Part shown: piece by piece, positions 45,648-55,974 of the stretch
Layout of the letters: the number at the start of each line of letters is the position of its first letter
Position numbering within the stretch: the stretch's first letter is position 1
Source: Candidatus Doudnabacteria bacterium
Lineage (GTDB): Bacteria > Patescibacteriota > Doudnabacteria > UBA920
Direction: 5' to 3'
Assembly: GCA_016218585.1 (NCBI GenBank)
Contig: JACRDK010000010.1
Location: forward strand, 68,974-132,973
DNA length: 64,000 nucleotides
Translations under genes and position numbers: made by a program
The notes under the pieces: generated by a model
What the model was told of the DNA's origin: nothing
The model's input: only the letters and a program-made list of their open reading frames with translations
Databases searched by the model: none

Positions 45648-47138
45648 ATGGAGTTGGAATTTTTAGAACTTACTGAGCTTAGAAAAAAATTAGACAACAA
45701 AGAACTGTCTTCGGTTGAGCTAACGAAGCATTTTTTGTCGCGCATAAAAAATTTGGACAAAGATTATAATTCTTTTGTTACGGTAACCGAAGAAGAGGCT
45801 TTAAAAAATGCCAAAGAAGCGGACGATTTTATAAATTCCCCCGGTGAAAATCCTTTTTTGTGCGGCATACCTTATGCTTCCAAAGATTTATTTTCAACCA
45901 AAGGAATACGAACTACGGCTTCTTCAAAAATTTTGGATCAGTTTAAACCGGCTTTTGATGCCACGGTAACCAAGAAATTAAAAGAACAAAAATCTGTTTT
46001 ACTGGGAAAAACTAATTTAGATGAATTTGCGCATGGTTCGTCCACGGAAACTTCCGCTTACGGCCCGTCAAAGAATCCCTGGGACACTTCCCGTATTCCG
46101 GGCGGCTCTTCCGGCGGCTCAACCGCTGCGGTTGCGGCCGGCTTAACCCCTTGGGCTACAGCAACGGAAACAGGGGGAAGCATTCGCCAGCCGGCATCTT
46201 TGTGCGGCCTTTCCGGATGGAAACCAACCTACGGGCGCGTGAGCCGCTACGGCGTTATTGCCATGGCCTCATCTTTAGACAGCCCGGGAGCGGTTGCAAA
46301 TAGCGTGGTAGACTTAGCCCATTTGGCGGAGATTATGTCCGGGCAAGACGAAAAAGATTCCACCACCAGCCCGGTTCCGGTACCGGCTTACGCAAAAAAT
46401 TTGTCCGCCGATATGTCGGGCATAAAAATTGGCGTACCCAAAGAATATTTTGTTGATGGAATGGAAGATGGCGTAAAGCAGCGAGTTATGGAAGCCGTAA
46501 AGCATTACGAAAAAATGGGCGCAAAAATTCAGGAAGTAAGTTTGCCAAATACCAAATTTGGTTCTTTGGTATATGCTATTGTTTGCCCTTCGGAAGTTTC
46601 TTCCAACTTAATGCGCTTTGACGGTATTCGTTACGGCCATACCACTAAAGATGCCAAAGACTTAATGGAAGTTTATGAAAAATCCCGCGCCGAGGGTTTT
46701 GGCGATGAGGCCAAGAGAAGAATTTTAACCGGAACTTACGTACTTTCCGCCGGCTATTACGATGCCTACTATAAAAAAGCGCAGAAGGTCCGTAGTTTAA
46801 TTATCAATGAATTTAAAGATGTGTTTAAACAGGTAGATGTACTGGCTTGTCCCTCTAGTCCTAATGTTGCGGTAAAAATTGGCGGGGCAAAAGATAACCC
46901 GTTATTTGGGTACATTGCCGACCAGTTAAATATTCCCGGCAGTTTGGCCGGACTTCCGGCATTGTCTATTCCTTGCGGTTTTGGCCGTCCTTCTGACGGG
47001 GAAACTCCAAGCTTGGATGGTCTACCGGTTGGCTTGCAGATAATCGGTCCGCAGTGGGGCGAGCAAATTGTATTTAACGCAGGGTTTGCGTACCAGCAGG
47101 AAACAGATTGGCACTTAAAGCATCCTGGCCTTGCCTAA
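45648..47138 (+). CDS. gatA: Asp/Glu-tRNA amidotransferase subunit A
   Basis: Amidase signature GGSSGGS, TGGSIRQPA, SAGYYDAYY. Confidence 0.97.
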   Translation: MELEFLELTELRKKLDNKELSSVELTKHFLSRIKNLDKDYNSFVTVTEEEALKNAKEADDFINSPGENPFLCGIPYASKDLFSTKGIRTTASSKILDQFKPAFDATVTKKLKEQKSVLLGKTNLDEFAHGSSTETSAYGPSKNPWDTSRIPGGSSGGSTAAVAAGLTPWATATETGGSIRQPASLCGLSGWKPTYGRVSRYGVIAMASSLDSPGAVANSVVDLAHLAEIMSGQDEKDSTTSPVPVPAYAKNLSADMSGIKIGVPKEYFVDGMEDGVKQRVMEAVKHYEKMGAKIQEVSLPNTKFGSLVYAIVCPSEVSSNLMRFDGIRYGHTTKDAKDLMEVYEKSRAEGFGDEAKRRILTGTYVLSAGYYDAYYKKAQKVRSLIINEFKDVFKQVDVLACPSSPNVAVKIGGAKDNPLFGYIADQLNIPGSLAGLPALSIPCGFGRPSDGETPSLDGLPVGLQIIGPQWGEQIVFNAGFAYQQETDWHLKHPGLA

Positions 47139-47199
47139 AGTCAAGGAATTTCTAATACCTAATTACTAATTTCTAAACAGTTTTCAATTTAAAATTTAT

Positions 47200-47532
47200 A
47201 TGGACAGTTTGAATCAAGAGAATAAAAAATATTTAGAAATTTACAAACAAGAAAAACTCTTGTCTATTATTTGGTTTGGTGTTGGAATAGCGTTTCTGTT
47301 GTTATATTTTTTTCTGCAAGCACCTTTTGTTTTCATTATTTTGGCTTATTGGACACTTGCCTTTAGTCTTTATATTTTGTGCATTGCATTAGCAAGAAAG
47401 AGCAAAAAATCAGATTTGCCTGCTTTTTTTCAAATAGGAAGAGGTATTCAGTTGGATAGCATGATAATTTTTAATTTACTATTTTTGCCCCATTGGTTGA
47501 TAAGCGTTTTTTTAAAAAAGGTATTATTTTAG
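47200..47532 (+). CDS. small membrane protein inserted between gatA and gatB
   Basis: 110 aa, three hydrophobic segments, AT-rich. Confidence 0.6.
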   Translation: MDSLNQENKKYLEIYKQEKLLSIIWFGVGIAFLLLYFFLQAPFVFIILAYWTLAFSLYILCIALARKSKKSDLPAFFQIGRGIQLDSMIIFNLLFLPHWLISVFLKKVLF

Positions 47533-47536
47533 TTTT

Positions 47537-49039
47537 ATGAAAGAATATCCCAAGTCAACTGAATACAAACCGGTAATTGGGTTTGAAATACATATTGAAC
47601 TTAAAACTAAGTCCAAGATGTTTGGTACGGCGGCTAATAATCCGGATGAAAAACAGCCAAACACTAATATCGATGAAATTGATACCGGGCAGCCCGGAAC
47701 TTTGCCTGTGGCAAACAAAGAAGCTATCCGTTTGTCAGCTCTGGTTGGCTTGGCTTTAAATTGCCAAATTGATGAATTTTCCAAGTTTGACCGCAAACAT
47801 TATTTTTATCCGGATTTGCCCAAAGGGTATCAGATTTCCCAGTACGACCAGCCTATTTCAAAAAATGGTTATTTGGATATTGAAGTTAACGGCAAAACTA
47901 AGCGCATAGGCATTACTCGCGCCCACTTGGAGGAAGATGCCGGAAAAAATGTGCACCCAGATGGCTTGCCTTATTCTTTGGTAGATTATAATCGCGCCGG
48001 CGCGCCGCTTTTGGAAATTGTTACTGAGCCGGATATTGAAAGCGGAGAAGAAGCGCGAATTTTTTTGCAGGAGCTGCGCAACATTGTTCGCTATTTGGGA
48101 GCTAGTGATGCCAATATGGAAAAGGGGACAATGCGCTGCGAACCGAATATTTCCGTGCGCCAGCCGGGCGAAACAAACTTGCCAAAATATAAAGTGGAAG
48201 TAAAAAATATTAACAGCTTTAAATTTGCCGAGAGCGCAATTAATTATGAAATCCCGCGCCATATTGAAATGCTTAAAGAGGGGAAGACCCCAAAGCAGGT
48301 CACTATGGGCTGGAATGAAAAAGATTCCTGCACGGTTGAGCAGCGCAGCAAAGAAGAGGCTGACGGTTACCGTTATATGCCGGAACCGGACTTGCCGATT
48401 TTACAGTTTACCAAAGAATATTTGGACAACCTGCGCAATATAATGCCGGAATTGCCGACGCAAAAACGCGCGCGATTTTTGGAAGAATACAAACTTCCTG
48501 CGGCAGACGTGGAAAACTTAATTAACTGGAAAGAACTGGCGTTTTATTTTGAAGATGTTGTCTCGGAAATAGATGAATGGATGACGCAAGAAGCGGGACT
48601 GGACAGGAACCAAATGATTAAGCTGGCGGCTAACTGGTGTCTGCAGGATTTTAGCGCATTGTTAAATCAACAGTTAATTAATCCTTCGGATTCCGTTGTA
48701 ACGGCCGAAAATTTTTCGGAGTTAATTAAGTTAATAGTTAGCGGGAAAATTTCTTCCAGCGCGGCCAAACAAGTTTTTAAAGTAATGTATGAAAAAGGGG
48801 GCGATCCAAGCAATATTGTGGAAGACTTAGGATTAACTCAGGTATCCGACGAGGGCGCCATTGCCGAAGCCTTAGACAAAGTAATTGCCGCTAATGAAAA
48901 GGCTGTGGCAGATTATAAAGCGGGAATGCAAAAAAGTTTTGGTTTTCTTGTCGGTATGGCAATGAAAGAGCTAAAAGGCAAAGGCAACCCGCAAATTATA
49001 AACGAACTGCTAAAAAAGAAACTGAATAACACGGATTAG
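47537..49039 (+). CDS. gatB: Asp/Glu-tRNA amidotransferase subunit B
   Basis: IGFEIH, RKHYFYPDLPKGYQISQ, HLEEDAGK, YRY.PEPDLP. Confidence 0.97.
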   Translation: MKEYPKSTEYKPVIGFEIHIELKTKSKMFGTAANNPDEKQPNTNIDEIDTGQPGTLPVANKEAIRLSALVGLALNCQIDEFSKFDRKHYFYPDLPKGYQISQYDQPISKNGYLDIEVNGKTKRIGITRAHLEEDAGKNVHPDGLPYSLVDYNRAGAPLLEIVTEPDIESGEEARIFLQELRNIVRYLGASDANMEKGTMRCEPNISVRQPGETNLPKYKVEVKNINSFKFAESAINYEIPRHIEMLKEGKTPKQVTMGWNEKDSCTVEQRSKEEADGYRYMPEPDLPILQFTKEYLDNLRNIMPELPTQKRARFLEEYKLPAADVENLINWKELAFYFEDVVSEIDEWMTQEAGLDRNQMIKLAANWCLQDFSALLNQQLINPSDSVVTAENFSELIKLIVSGKISSSAAKQVFKVMYEKGGDPSNIVEDLGLTQVSDEGAIAEALDKVIAANEKAVADYKAGMQKSFGFLVGMAMKELKGKGNPQIINELLKKKLNNTD

Positions 49040-49068
49040 TAAACATAAATACACAGATATAAACAGAG

Positions 49069-49101
49069 AACGCCGCCCTTTGTACTATGGGGCGGCGTTT
49101 T
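49069..49101. terminator. terminator after gatB
   Basis: AACGCCGCCC-loop-GGGCGGCGTTTT. Confidence 0.75.
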
Positions 49102-49122
49102 AGTTTGTTCGCGGCATGATGG

Positions 49123-49275
49123 TTATTTATTGCTGTGTGCCTTGATCAGGCGAGCGTGGTAGCGAAGCGCGAACGCCCCGTTAATCCACTCGCCTATAGG
49201 CCTAGGCAGAAAGCTGGTCAGCTTTTCCAGCTGTGTTAGGGCTTCCCTTGTTTTCTCCAGGTTGGTCATGCTCAT
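49123..49275 (-). CDS. small hypothetical protein (50 aa)
   Basis: MSMTNLEKTREAL...; AGGAGG RBS upstream. Confidence 0.5.
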   Translation of the reverse strand: MSMTNLEKTREALTQLEKLTSFLPRPIGEWINGAFALRYHARLIKAHSNK

Positions 49276-49347
49276 TCTATTGAGCCTCCTTATTAGAGAG
49301 TATAAGAAAATAAGTACCAAGAGTCAATAAAAAAGCTGGCCAAATAA

Positions 49348-49389
49348 AAATTGTGCAGTTTTGGACGATCGTCCAAAACTGCACAATTT
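49348..49389. repeat. perfect 42-bp palindrome
   Basis: AAATTGTGCAGTTTTGGACGA|TCGTCCAAAACTGCACAATTT. Confidence 0.95.
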
Positions 49390-49484
49390 GTTTAATATAT
49401 TTTTGCGGTATAAATGTGTTATATAAATGATTCACGGGCAGCGGTTTTAAGGCCGCTGCCCGCGTTGGTTGCTTGAGACGCCGA

Positions 49485-49844
49485 TTAGCGCCGTCCGGCC
49501 GTGGTCCGCCGCGCAAGTCGTTCTTTGGCAGAAGGGGCTGGCCTTGTTGGTCGGTGGTGGATTGTCACTGAGGATGTATCCGATTTCTCTTCCTTGAACC
49601 TTGCCTCTACGAGTGTCCTGACAGTCTTTTTGTCTGTTGTTTCGACATGCCACTTGAGAATGAGGACGTCATCCTTTTTAGGTTTAGGCTTGTTATCCTC
49701 CTTCCAAGGACTGCCTTCACCGCTTGTCGTGAATGTTTCGTAGCCGTCCTGGCCGTCAACGGATACGGTAACCCGCAGTTTGTTGTCAATGACTGTAGTA
49801 TACAGCACATACGCTTCAGCAGTAGTTATTTGAATGTCTGACAT
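49485..49844 (-). CDS. hypothetical protein, beta-rich with basic tail
   Basis: 119 aa, AGGAGG RBS, higher GC. Confidence 0.6.
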   Translation of the reverse strand: MSDIQITTAEAYVLYTTVIDNKLRVTVSVDGQDGYETFTTSGEGSPWKEDNKPKPKKDDVLILKWHVETTDKKTVRTLVEARFKEEKSDTSSVTIHHRPTRPAPSAKERLARRTTAGRR

Positions 49845-50033
49845 TCATCCTCCTGTGTTGTTTATTTTTTGTCCAGACTTTCGTCTGGAAAATCCAGAGA
49901 CAATAGTGTAATAAATTTTTGCAGATAATGCAATAGAAAAAAGCAAAAACAAAAGCGCCGACGGTCCATAAAGGAGCCGTCGGCGCTAAGTGTGTTCATC
50001 TCCCGCCACAGTTGGCGAGAGGGAGAGGGGAGA

Positions 50034-51005
50034 TTACTGCTTGGCGGGGACCACCGCGAGTCCTGCGAGCATGGTTTGCTCGCCGGCCTCGTAGTAGACC
50101 TTCACCTTCCCGCGGGTGCTGGGGTTGTACCGGACAATTGTGTGTTGTCCGGCGACCCAGTAAATGTCGTCTTTACCCGCGGCGACCCTGTTGAGGTTGG
50201 TGACCGGGTCTACATTGATCCCATCGAGCACAACCTTCTGGCTGACCTCGCTTTGACCGTAGTCAAAGCTCACTTCGACTAGCTTTCCAGGAACGACGGA
50301 GGTTGGCGCCACAGGGGAGCAGACGGGGTCGTTGCAGGGAGGGTAGGTGAACTCGTTGGCGAGCAGTAGGTAGAGCTTCCCGCCAATCGCCGCAGTGCCA
50401 ACTGGGTACTGATCCAGGTTCACACTGAGTTCTTCCCGGTGCCCGGCGAAGTCCGATGGTCGGGACATGGTGAACCGTTTGTTGTTAGAGTCGGCACATA
50501 CGATGATGTCCTGCGGATTGGCGGACGACATCGTGCAGTAGTCTAGGTTAGTCATGGGCATTGAATCAGCGGTGTAGAATCCGCCAGCCCAAAGGCCAAG
50601 TCCGAGCTTTTCACGCTCCCAGCGATCGGTGAGAGTGAAGCCAAACCTATTTTCGTTGCGCAACCGGCCGTTGGCGGGCAGCAACCACTGCCAGGTTTGT
50701 TCCGGTGTGTGCCAGCGCACCCTGCCTGACGTTGAGTATGTCAGGAAGTTGTAGGCGCCATCGAGCGGTAGAATCTGTTGAGCCGATGGTGCCCAAACAC
50801 GGTTCACTACCTCAATGTTGCCTGCGTAGCTGTGGCAAATGGACCGGGCTTCCCCGGAGTTCCACTCGCCGACCAGAACAACGTCCTTTGTTGGGTCGCA
50901 AATCATAGAAGTCTGCGCGACCGGCACAGGAGCGGTGTTGTTCTGCGCATTGGCTGAAAAGGCCGCGAGGGCGGCCAGGACGAAAATCGAGAAAAACTTT
51001 TTCAT
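50034..51005 (-). CDS. GC-rich secreted protein, probable beta-propeller-like
   Basis: Signal peptide MKKFFSIFVLAALAAFSANA|Q, paired Cys; hairpin at 49954-49987 downstream. Confidence 0.7.
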   Translation of the reverse strand: MKKFFSIFVLAALAAFSANAQNNTAPVPVAQTSMICDPTKDVVLVGEWNSGEARSICHSYAGNIEVVNRVWAPSAQQILPLDGAYNFLTYSTSGRVRWHTPEQTWQWLLPANGRLRNENRFGFTLTDRWEREKLGLGLWAGGFYTADSMPMTNLDYCTMSSANPQDIIVCADSNNKRFTMSRPSDFAGHREELSVNLDQYPVGTAAIGGKLYLLLANEFTYPPCNDPVCSPVAPTSVVPGKLVEVSFDYGQSEVSQKVVLDGINVDPVTNLNRVAAGKDDIYWVAGQHTIVRYNPSTRGKVKVYYEAGEQTMLAGLAVVPAKQ

Positions 51006-51064
51006 GGTAATCATCTTCCTTGCCGGGGTTGCCGGCGTTTGCCCAATGAGAAACCCTGCAGAAG

Positions 51065-51159
51065 TTCCCTTGGACAAGCTGAATACCAGGCTTATGGATT
51101 CCGGGTAGCCCGATGTGGCTCCCGGAATGACAAGCTGATATACAATTTGTCCAAGGGAA
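51065..51159. mobile_element. MITE/REP-like element
   Basis: TIR TTCCCTTGGACAA / TTGTCCAAGGGAA enclosing GGATTCCGGG...CCCGGAATGACA hairpin. Confidence 0.65.
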
Positions 51160-51333
51160 TAATAATCTCCTCTTAAATATCCTCCATAGATATTATTAAG
51201 AACAAAAAATAGGTCTTAAATTTTGCACGATGAGTGCATTATTAAGACCCAATATTATACACCTTTTTGGCTATTTTGTCAAGAGAATAATAAAAAAACA
51301 CGCTTGTTTAAGCGTGTTGAAAATAGGGCAAAA

Positions 51334-52323
51334 TTAGCTATTTAGGAATTTTTGCGTGAGTTTTTCGGCCTTTTTTATGTCCGGTTTTATCCAAATAATA
51401 TTCTTATTTCTTTTCCACCAAGTCATTTGCCGTTTGGCATAGTGTTTAATGGCAAATGAAAGTTGGATAAAAAGTTCATCTTTGGATATTTTCTTTTGCA
51501 AGAATAACGAAACAAATTTATACTCCAAACCGAAACTAATTAATTTTTTCCAGCTTAACGCGGACTGACGCGGAAATTTGCGCGGACTGACCCGGAAGCC
51601 ATCATGAAGATTTTGGACTTCTTTTATCATCCCGTGTTTTAATCTTTCTTTGAGGCGCCTGTCAATTTTTTCATAAAGTGTTTTTTGCGGAAGATTGGTG
51701 CCGAGAATCAGAGTAACATAGAGAGGCGAGGGTTCAGGGTTCAGCGGCGGAACAGGGCGGCCCGTGGAGATTACAATTTCTAAAGCTCTTATAAGCCGCC
51801 TTCGGTTAAACTTATCTATAGTTTTTGCCCGTTGTGGATCCAAACGGCTAATTCGTGCGAATAAGCCGGTGGTGGAAAGCTTTTCCAAGCGCGCGCGAAG
51901 TTTTAAGTTAGGTTTAATTTCCGGGATTTTTTGGTCATAAATAACCGCGTCAATCCAGTGCATGGTGCCGCCGCAAAGAATAGGCAAGCGCCCGCGCTTT
52001 AAAATTTCAGCAATAATTTTTTTTGCTTCTTTTTGAAAACGAGCTGCGGAATATTGGCGGGCCGGATTTTGAAAATCTATCAGGTGGTGGGGAATAGATT
52101 TGTAAACATAAGTCAAATAGGACTTATTAGACTTATTTGTCTGATTAACTTTTTGCCAAGAGCCAGCCACTTTTCCCGTGCCAATGTCCATGCCTTTATA
52201 GACTTGCCGGCTGTCGCAAGAGATAATTTCACCATTAAATTTTTTTGCTAAGGCAACCGCCAGTTCCGATTTGCCCGAGGCGGTGGGGCCGACTACGGCG
52301 AGTAGTTTAGAATTATGATTCAT
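51334..52323 (-). CDS. miaA: tRNA dimethylallyltransferase
   Basis: GPTASGKS, DSRQVY.GMDIGTGK, RR..RALE, YAKRQMTW. Confidence 0.96.
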   Translation of the reverse strand: MNHNSKLLAVVGPTASGKSELAVALAKKFNGEIISCDSRQVYKGMDIGTGKVAGSWQKVNQTNKSNKSYLTYVYKSIPHHLIDFQNPARQYSAARFQKEAKKIIAEILKRGRLPILCGGTMHWIDAVIYDQKIPEIKPNLKLRARLEKLSTTGLFARISRLDPQRAKTIDKFNRRRLIRALEIVISTGRPVPPLNPEPSPLYVTLILGTNLPQKTLYEKIDRRLKERLKHGMIKEVQNLHDGFRVSPRKFPRQSALSWKKLISFGLEYKFVSLFLQKKISKDELFIQLSFAIKHYAKRQMTWWKRNKNIIWIKPDIKKAEKLTQKFLNS

Positions 52324-52359
52324 GAATTAAGAATTTAGGAAAGCAGAAAATTTGCTAAA

Positions 52360-52500
52360 TTAACTTTTCACGGTTAATTTTTTACCGGCATGGGATTTTT
52401 GAACGAGCAATGAGCGGCCGTGAACGCGCATGCGCGGCCGTTTTTTTATTTCCCGTTTTTTTGCCTTGGTAGGCGGCTCCCCAATAATTATTTTTCGCAT
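52360..52500 (-). CDS. small very basic protein (46 aa), below ORF-track cutoff
   Basis: MRKIIIGEPPTKAKKREIKKRPRMRVHGRSLLVQKSHAGKKLTVKS*. Confidence 0.55.
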   Translation of the reverse strand: MRKIIIGEPPTKAKKREIKKRPRMRVHGRSLLVQKSHAGKKLTVKS

Positions 52501-52580
52501 ATCGCTTAGGCTTTTTCAAATAGAAAAGAATTTCTTAAATCTACATGGTATAATTATAGTATAACATTAACAATATTATT

Positions 52581-53123
52581 ATGAAAAAAACAATTATTAT
52601 AATAGTGGTCCTGGCTGTTTTAGCCGGAGCCGGCTACTATTTGTATGGCAGAAATCAGGCTAAGGCCCCGGCCGAACAATTTAATCAAACGTCGGATTCA
52701 AACCAAACTCAGCAATCGCAATCTGAACAGTTAGAATCATCTTCAACGCCGGAGATGGGTAAATTAAATACAAAAAATAATTCTTCCAGTCCGGATTACA
52801 CACCCGGAAAATTTAGCAACGGGGAAGACGAGGCCGCTGCTCCCGATATTCAGGTTTGGGAGGTGGACTTTGACGGCGCGCAGTTTAGCCCCAGCACTAT
52901 AACTATAAAAGCCGGGGATTACATTATGTTTAAAAATAAAAGCACTCAGGATTTTTGGCCGGCATCCGACCCGCATCCAACCCATACCGGTTATCCGGGT
53001 TTTGATTCCGGCAAGGCTGTTGCCGCCGGCGCAAAATTTAATTTTCAGTTTGATAAGGTTGGGAGTTGGGGCTATCACGACCACTTAAACCCAATCATAA
53101 AAGGAACGGTTATAGTTAAATAG
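52581..53123 (+). CDS. membrane-anchored cupredoxin-domain protein
   Basis: FSP.TITIK.GD, ASDPHPTH, G.WGYHDHLNP...G.V.V. Confidence 0.85.
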   Translation: MKKTIIIIVVLAVLAGAGYYLYGRNQAKAPAEQFNQTSDSNQTQQSQSEQLESSSTPEMGKLNTKNNSSSPDYTPGKFSNGEDEAAAPDIQVWEVDFDGAQFSPSTITIKAGDYIMFKNKSTQDFWPASDPHPTHTGYPGFDSGKAVAAGAKFNFQFDKVGSWGYHDHLNPIIKGTVIVK

Positions 53124-53133
53124 CAGAAATTTC

Positions 53134-53175
53134 AAACAGCCCGGCTTTTAATAAACAAAAGCCGGGCTGTTTTTT
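53134..53175 (+). terminator. intrinsic terminator
   Basis: AAACAGCCCGGCTTTT-loop-AAAAGCCGGGCTGTTT. Confidence 0.8.
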
Positions 53176-53211
53176 GCTAAATAAAGGCTTAAATGTTATA
53201 ATTTTTAAGTT

Positions 53212-54045
53212 ATGACATGGGAAACATTTGGCCACGACAACGTGAAAGCAATTTTGGAAAAACAGCTTAAGCATAAGGTTTTTCCCCATGCGTATCTTTT
53301 CCATGGACCTTCCGGGGTAGGTAAAAAAAAATTGGCTCTTGAATTTGCCAAAAAAGTTTTGGAAACGGAAAATTTAAGCAGCCACCCGGATTTTTTAAGC
53401 TTAGACAGCAGCGGTCAAATAACTATGGAGGCGACGCGGGAATTTATTTCCAGGCTTGGCTTAAAACCTTTTGCGGGAAAGTACAAGGTTGCCATTTTGA
53501 ATGATGCGGAAAATTTAAGCTCCCAGAGCGCCAATGCCTTGCTAAAGACTTTAGAAGAGCCGGCGGAAAATACAATTATAATTTTAATTTCCTCTTCCTC
53601 TAGGCTATTGTCTACCATTTTGTCCCGCTGCCAGGCATTTAGTTTTAATGCTTTTAGCAAAGCCAGGTTAAGTGAGTTTGCCAAGAGAGAAAAGTTAGAA
53701 ATTAGCGAAGAAATTTTGGAGCTTAGCTACGGCAGCATTTCGATTTTAAATAAAATTGTGGCGGATAAAGATTTTTTTTCCTTGAGGAAAGAAGCGGTTG
53801 AAGAATATAAAAGTTTAATTAAGGCAAAAAGCGGGGAGCGGCTGGCGCGTTTGAGTGAGATCGCGGAAAATGAGAATGAGGAGCTGGAAGAAAAGTTTAA
53901 GGACTGGCTATCCTGGCAGTTGGCGGCCTTGCATAAAAACCCCGGCGATTATTTAAAAGTTCAGGCTTTAAGCGAAGCTTTGTCCGGATTGAAGAAGAAT
54001 TTAAATAAAAAGCTGGTGCTGCAAAGTTTGCTGTTAAAAATATAA
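53212..54045 (+). CDS. holB: DNA polymerase III delta' subunit
   Basis: HAYLF.GP.GVGK, HPD, ANALLKTLEEP, TI.SRC. Confidence 0.9.
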   Translation: MTWETFGHDNVKAILEKQLKHKVFPHAYLFHGPSGVGKKKLALEFAKKVLETENLSSHPDFLSLDSSGQITMEATREFISRLGLKPFAGKYKVAILNDAENLSSQSANALLKTLEEPAENTIIILISSSSRLLSTILSRCQAFSFNAFSKARLSEFAKREKLEISEEILELSYGSISILNKIVADKDFFSLRKEAVEEYKSLIKAKSGERLARLSEIAENENEELEEKFKDWLSWQLAALHKNPGDYLKVQALSEALSGLKKNLNKKLVLQSLLLKI

Positions 54046-54131
54046 ATCGCAGATGTACAGATAAAAACCAGATGGCGCGGATACTTAATTACATTATTTA
54101 ATAGTTAATTGTTTGCATTAAAAAATAAGCT

Positions 54132-55196
54132 ATGCAAAAAAACAAAAAATTTATTCTCGGGATTGCTTTAATATTTTTAGCGGCAGGTTGCAACTTTTTT
54201 TCCTCCAGCCTGCCGGCAGGAGTAATGAAGAGCACGAATGGCGGAGCGGATTGGCAATTTTCTAACGCTATAAAAGGCAATTCCGCGCAGAGCCTGGTGT
54301 CGCTAAGTATTTCCAAAATGGCTTTCGCTCCCAGCAACCGGGAAACGGTTTACGCAGGCAGTTATACTTCGGGATTATTTAAATCGGAAGATTCAGGAGC
54401 CAACTGGAGCAAAATTCTTTCTAACGTATTTGTTTATGACTTTGCCATTAGCCCGGGAGACCCAAAAATTATTTATGCCGCCGGTTATTTTGCGGATCAC
54501 GGACGGGTGGTAAAAACCACGGACGGGGGCGCGAGTTGGAATCAGGTTTACAATGAAGAAAGCACATTAAACGCGGTAAGGGCTATTGCTATTAATCCAA
54601 ATAACCCAAATCAAATAATTATTGGCACGACATCCGGCAGTATAATCAAAAGCGCGGACGGCGGAATTAGCTGGCAATTAGCAAGGAACTTCAGCGACCG
54701 GGTAAACAGAATGCTGTGGCAGAATGGAAATATTTATGTGCTGCTTAAAGCCAAGGGCCTGTTTAAGTCCACCGGATTTGCGGAAAATTTTGACGAAGTA
54801 AGCTCAACTTTAAGTAAAACCTATAATTTAGGTTCATTGTCCTATACCAGTTCGACCATAGATTCTTTTAGCCAGCTGTATGTAGATTACACCACGCCAG
54901 GATTAATTTATGTTACAACCAACAAAGGCTTGTTTAAAACGGTGGATGATGGGAAGAATTGGCAGCAGTTGCAGCTGCCGGTAAAGGCGGAAGACGCCGA
55001 CGCCAGAGCAGTGGCAATTGCCCCAAGCAGCAGCAATATAGTTTTTACCAGCGTTGGTTCAACAATATATAAATCTACCGATGGCGGGCAGACTTTCCAA
55101 ACGCAAAGCAAGCAGACGGCCGGGTTTATAAATTATATTTTAATCGACCCGCAGCTGCCGCAAATCGTTTACGCCGGAGTATACTCGTCTCAGTAA
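54132..55196 (+). CDS. BNR/Asp-box repeat beta-propeller lipoprotein (Ycf48/VPS10-like)
   Basis: Lipobox LAAGC; repeated KS.DGG..W. Confidence 0.88.
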   Translation: MQKNKKFILGIALIFLAAGCNFFSSSLPAGVMKSTNGGADWQFSNAIKGNSAQSLVSLSISKMAFAPSNRETVYAGSYTSGLFKSEDSGANWSKILSNVFVYDFAISPGDPKIIYAAGYFADHGRVVKTTDGGASWNQVYNEESTLNAVRAIAINPNNPNQIIIGTTSGSIIKSADGGISWQLARNFSDRVNRMLWQNGNIYVLLKAKGLFKSTGFAENFDEVSSTLSKTYNLGSLSYTSSTIDSFSQLYVDYTTPGLIYVTTNKGLFKTVDDGKNWQQLQLPVKAEDADARAVAIAPSSSNIVFTSVGSTIYKSTDGGQTFQTQSKQTAGFINYILIDPQLPQIVYAGVYSSQ

Positions 55197-55326
55197 GCAT
55201 TTAGTAGATAGCATATAGAATATAGAAAAATAATTATTATCCACGAATTCACTAATCTGCGCGAATCATACTAAAGAGCATTTGTGAAATTAGTGAAAAT
55301 TCGCGAATTAGCGGAAAATTAAAAAT

Positions 55327-55884
55327 ATGATAGACCAAATTTTAAATTCACATAAAGAAAATTTTGAAAAAGCGTTGGAACATTTTGTCCACGAACTTTC
55401 CGGCGTCCGCACCGGGCGCGCTAATCCGGCTCTGCTTAACACCGTTACCGTAGAATCTTACGGCTCTAAAATGCCGCTCGAACACGTAGCCTCGGTTACG
55501 GTTGCTGACGCAAAAACATTAGTTATTTCTCCCTGGGACAAAGGCACTATGCAGGCCATTGAAAAAGGAATTCAAATGGCTAACTTAGGTTTTAATCCTA
55601 GTAACGACGGTGTAGTTATTCGCATTACTTTGCCCGCGTTAAATGAAGACCGCAGAAAAGAAATGGTTAAATTAGTCGGCCAGTTGGCGGAAAAAGGAAA
55701 GATTGGAATTCGCAATGCCCGTGAAGGCGTGCAAAAAGAAATGAAAAAAGCGGAAAGCGACGGCAAAATCAGCAAGGATGATTTGCAGGTTGGGCAGAAA
55801 AAATTGCAGGAAGTGGTGGACAAATATAACGATGAAATTAAAAAACACGCCGAGGCAAAAGAAAAAGAAATAATGACAGTTTAA
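55327..55884 (+). CDS. frr: ribosome recycling factor
   Basis: RTGRANP, ESYG, LG.NP..DG, RRKE. Confidence 0.97.
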   Translation: MIDQILNSHKENFEKALEHFVHELSGVRTGRANPALLNTVTVESYGSKMPLEHVASVTVADAKTLVISPWDKGTMQAIEKGIQMANLGFNPSNDGVVIRITLPALNEDRRKEMVKLVGQLAEKGKIGIRNAREGVQKEMKKAESDGKISKDDLQVGQKKLQEVVDKYNDEIKKHAEAKEKEIMTV

Positions 55885-55974
55885 CAGAATTATGAAGTAT
55901 GAGTTAAGAATTATGTGGTAAACATCCTAATTCATAATTCCAGATTCTTGATTCATATTTAAACAGAATAATTT

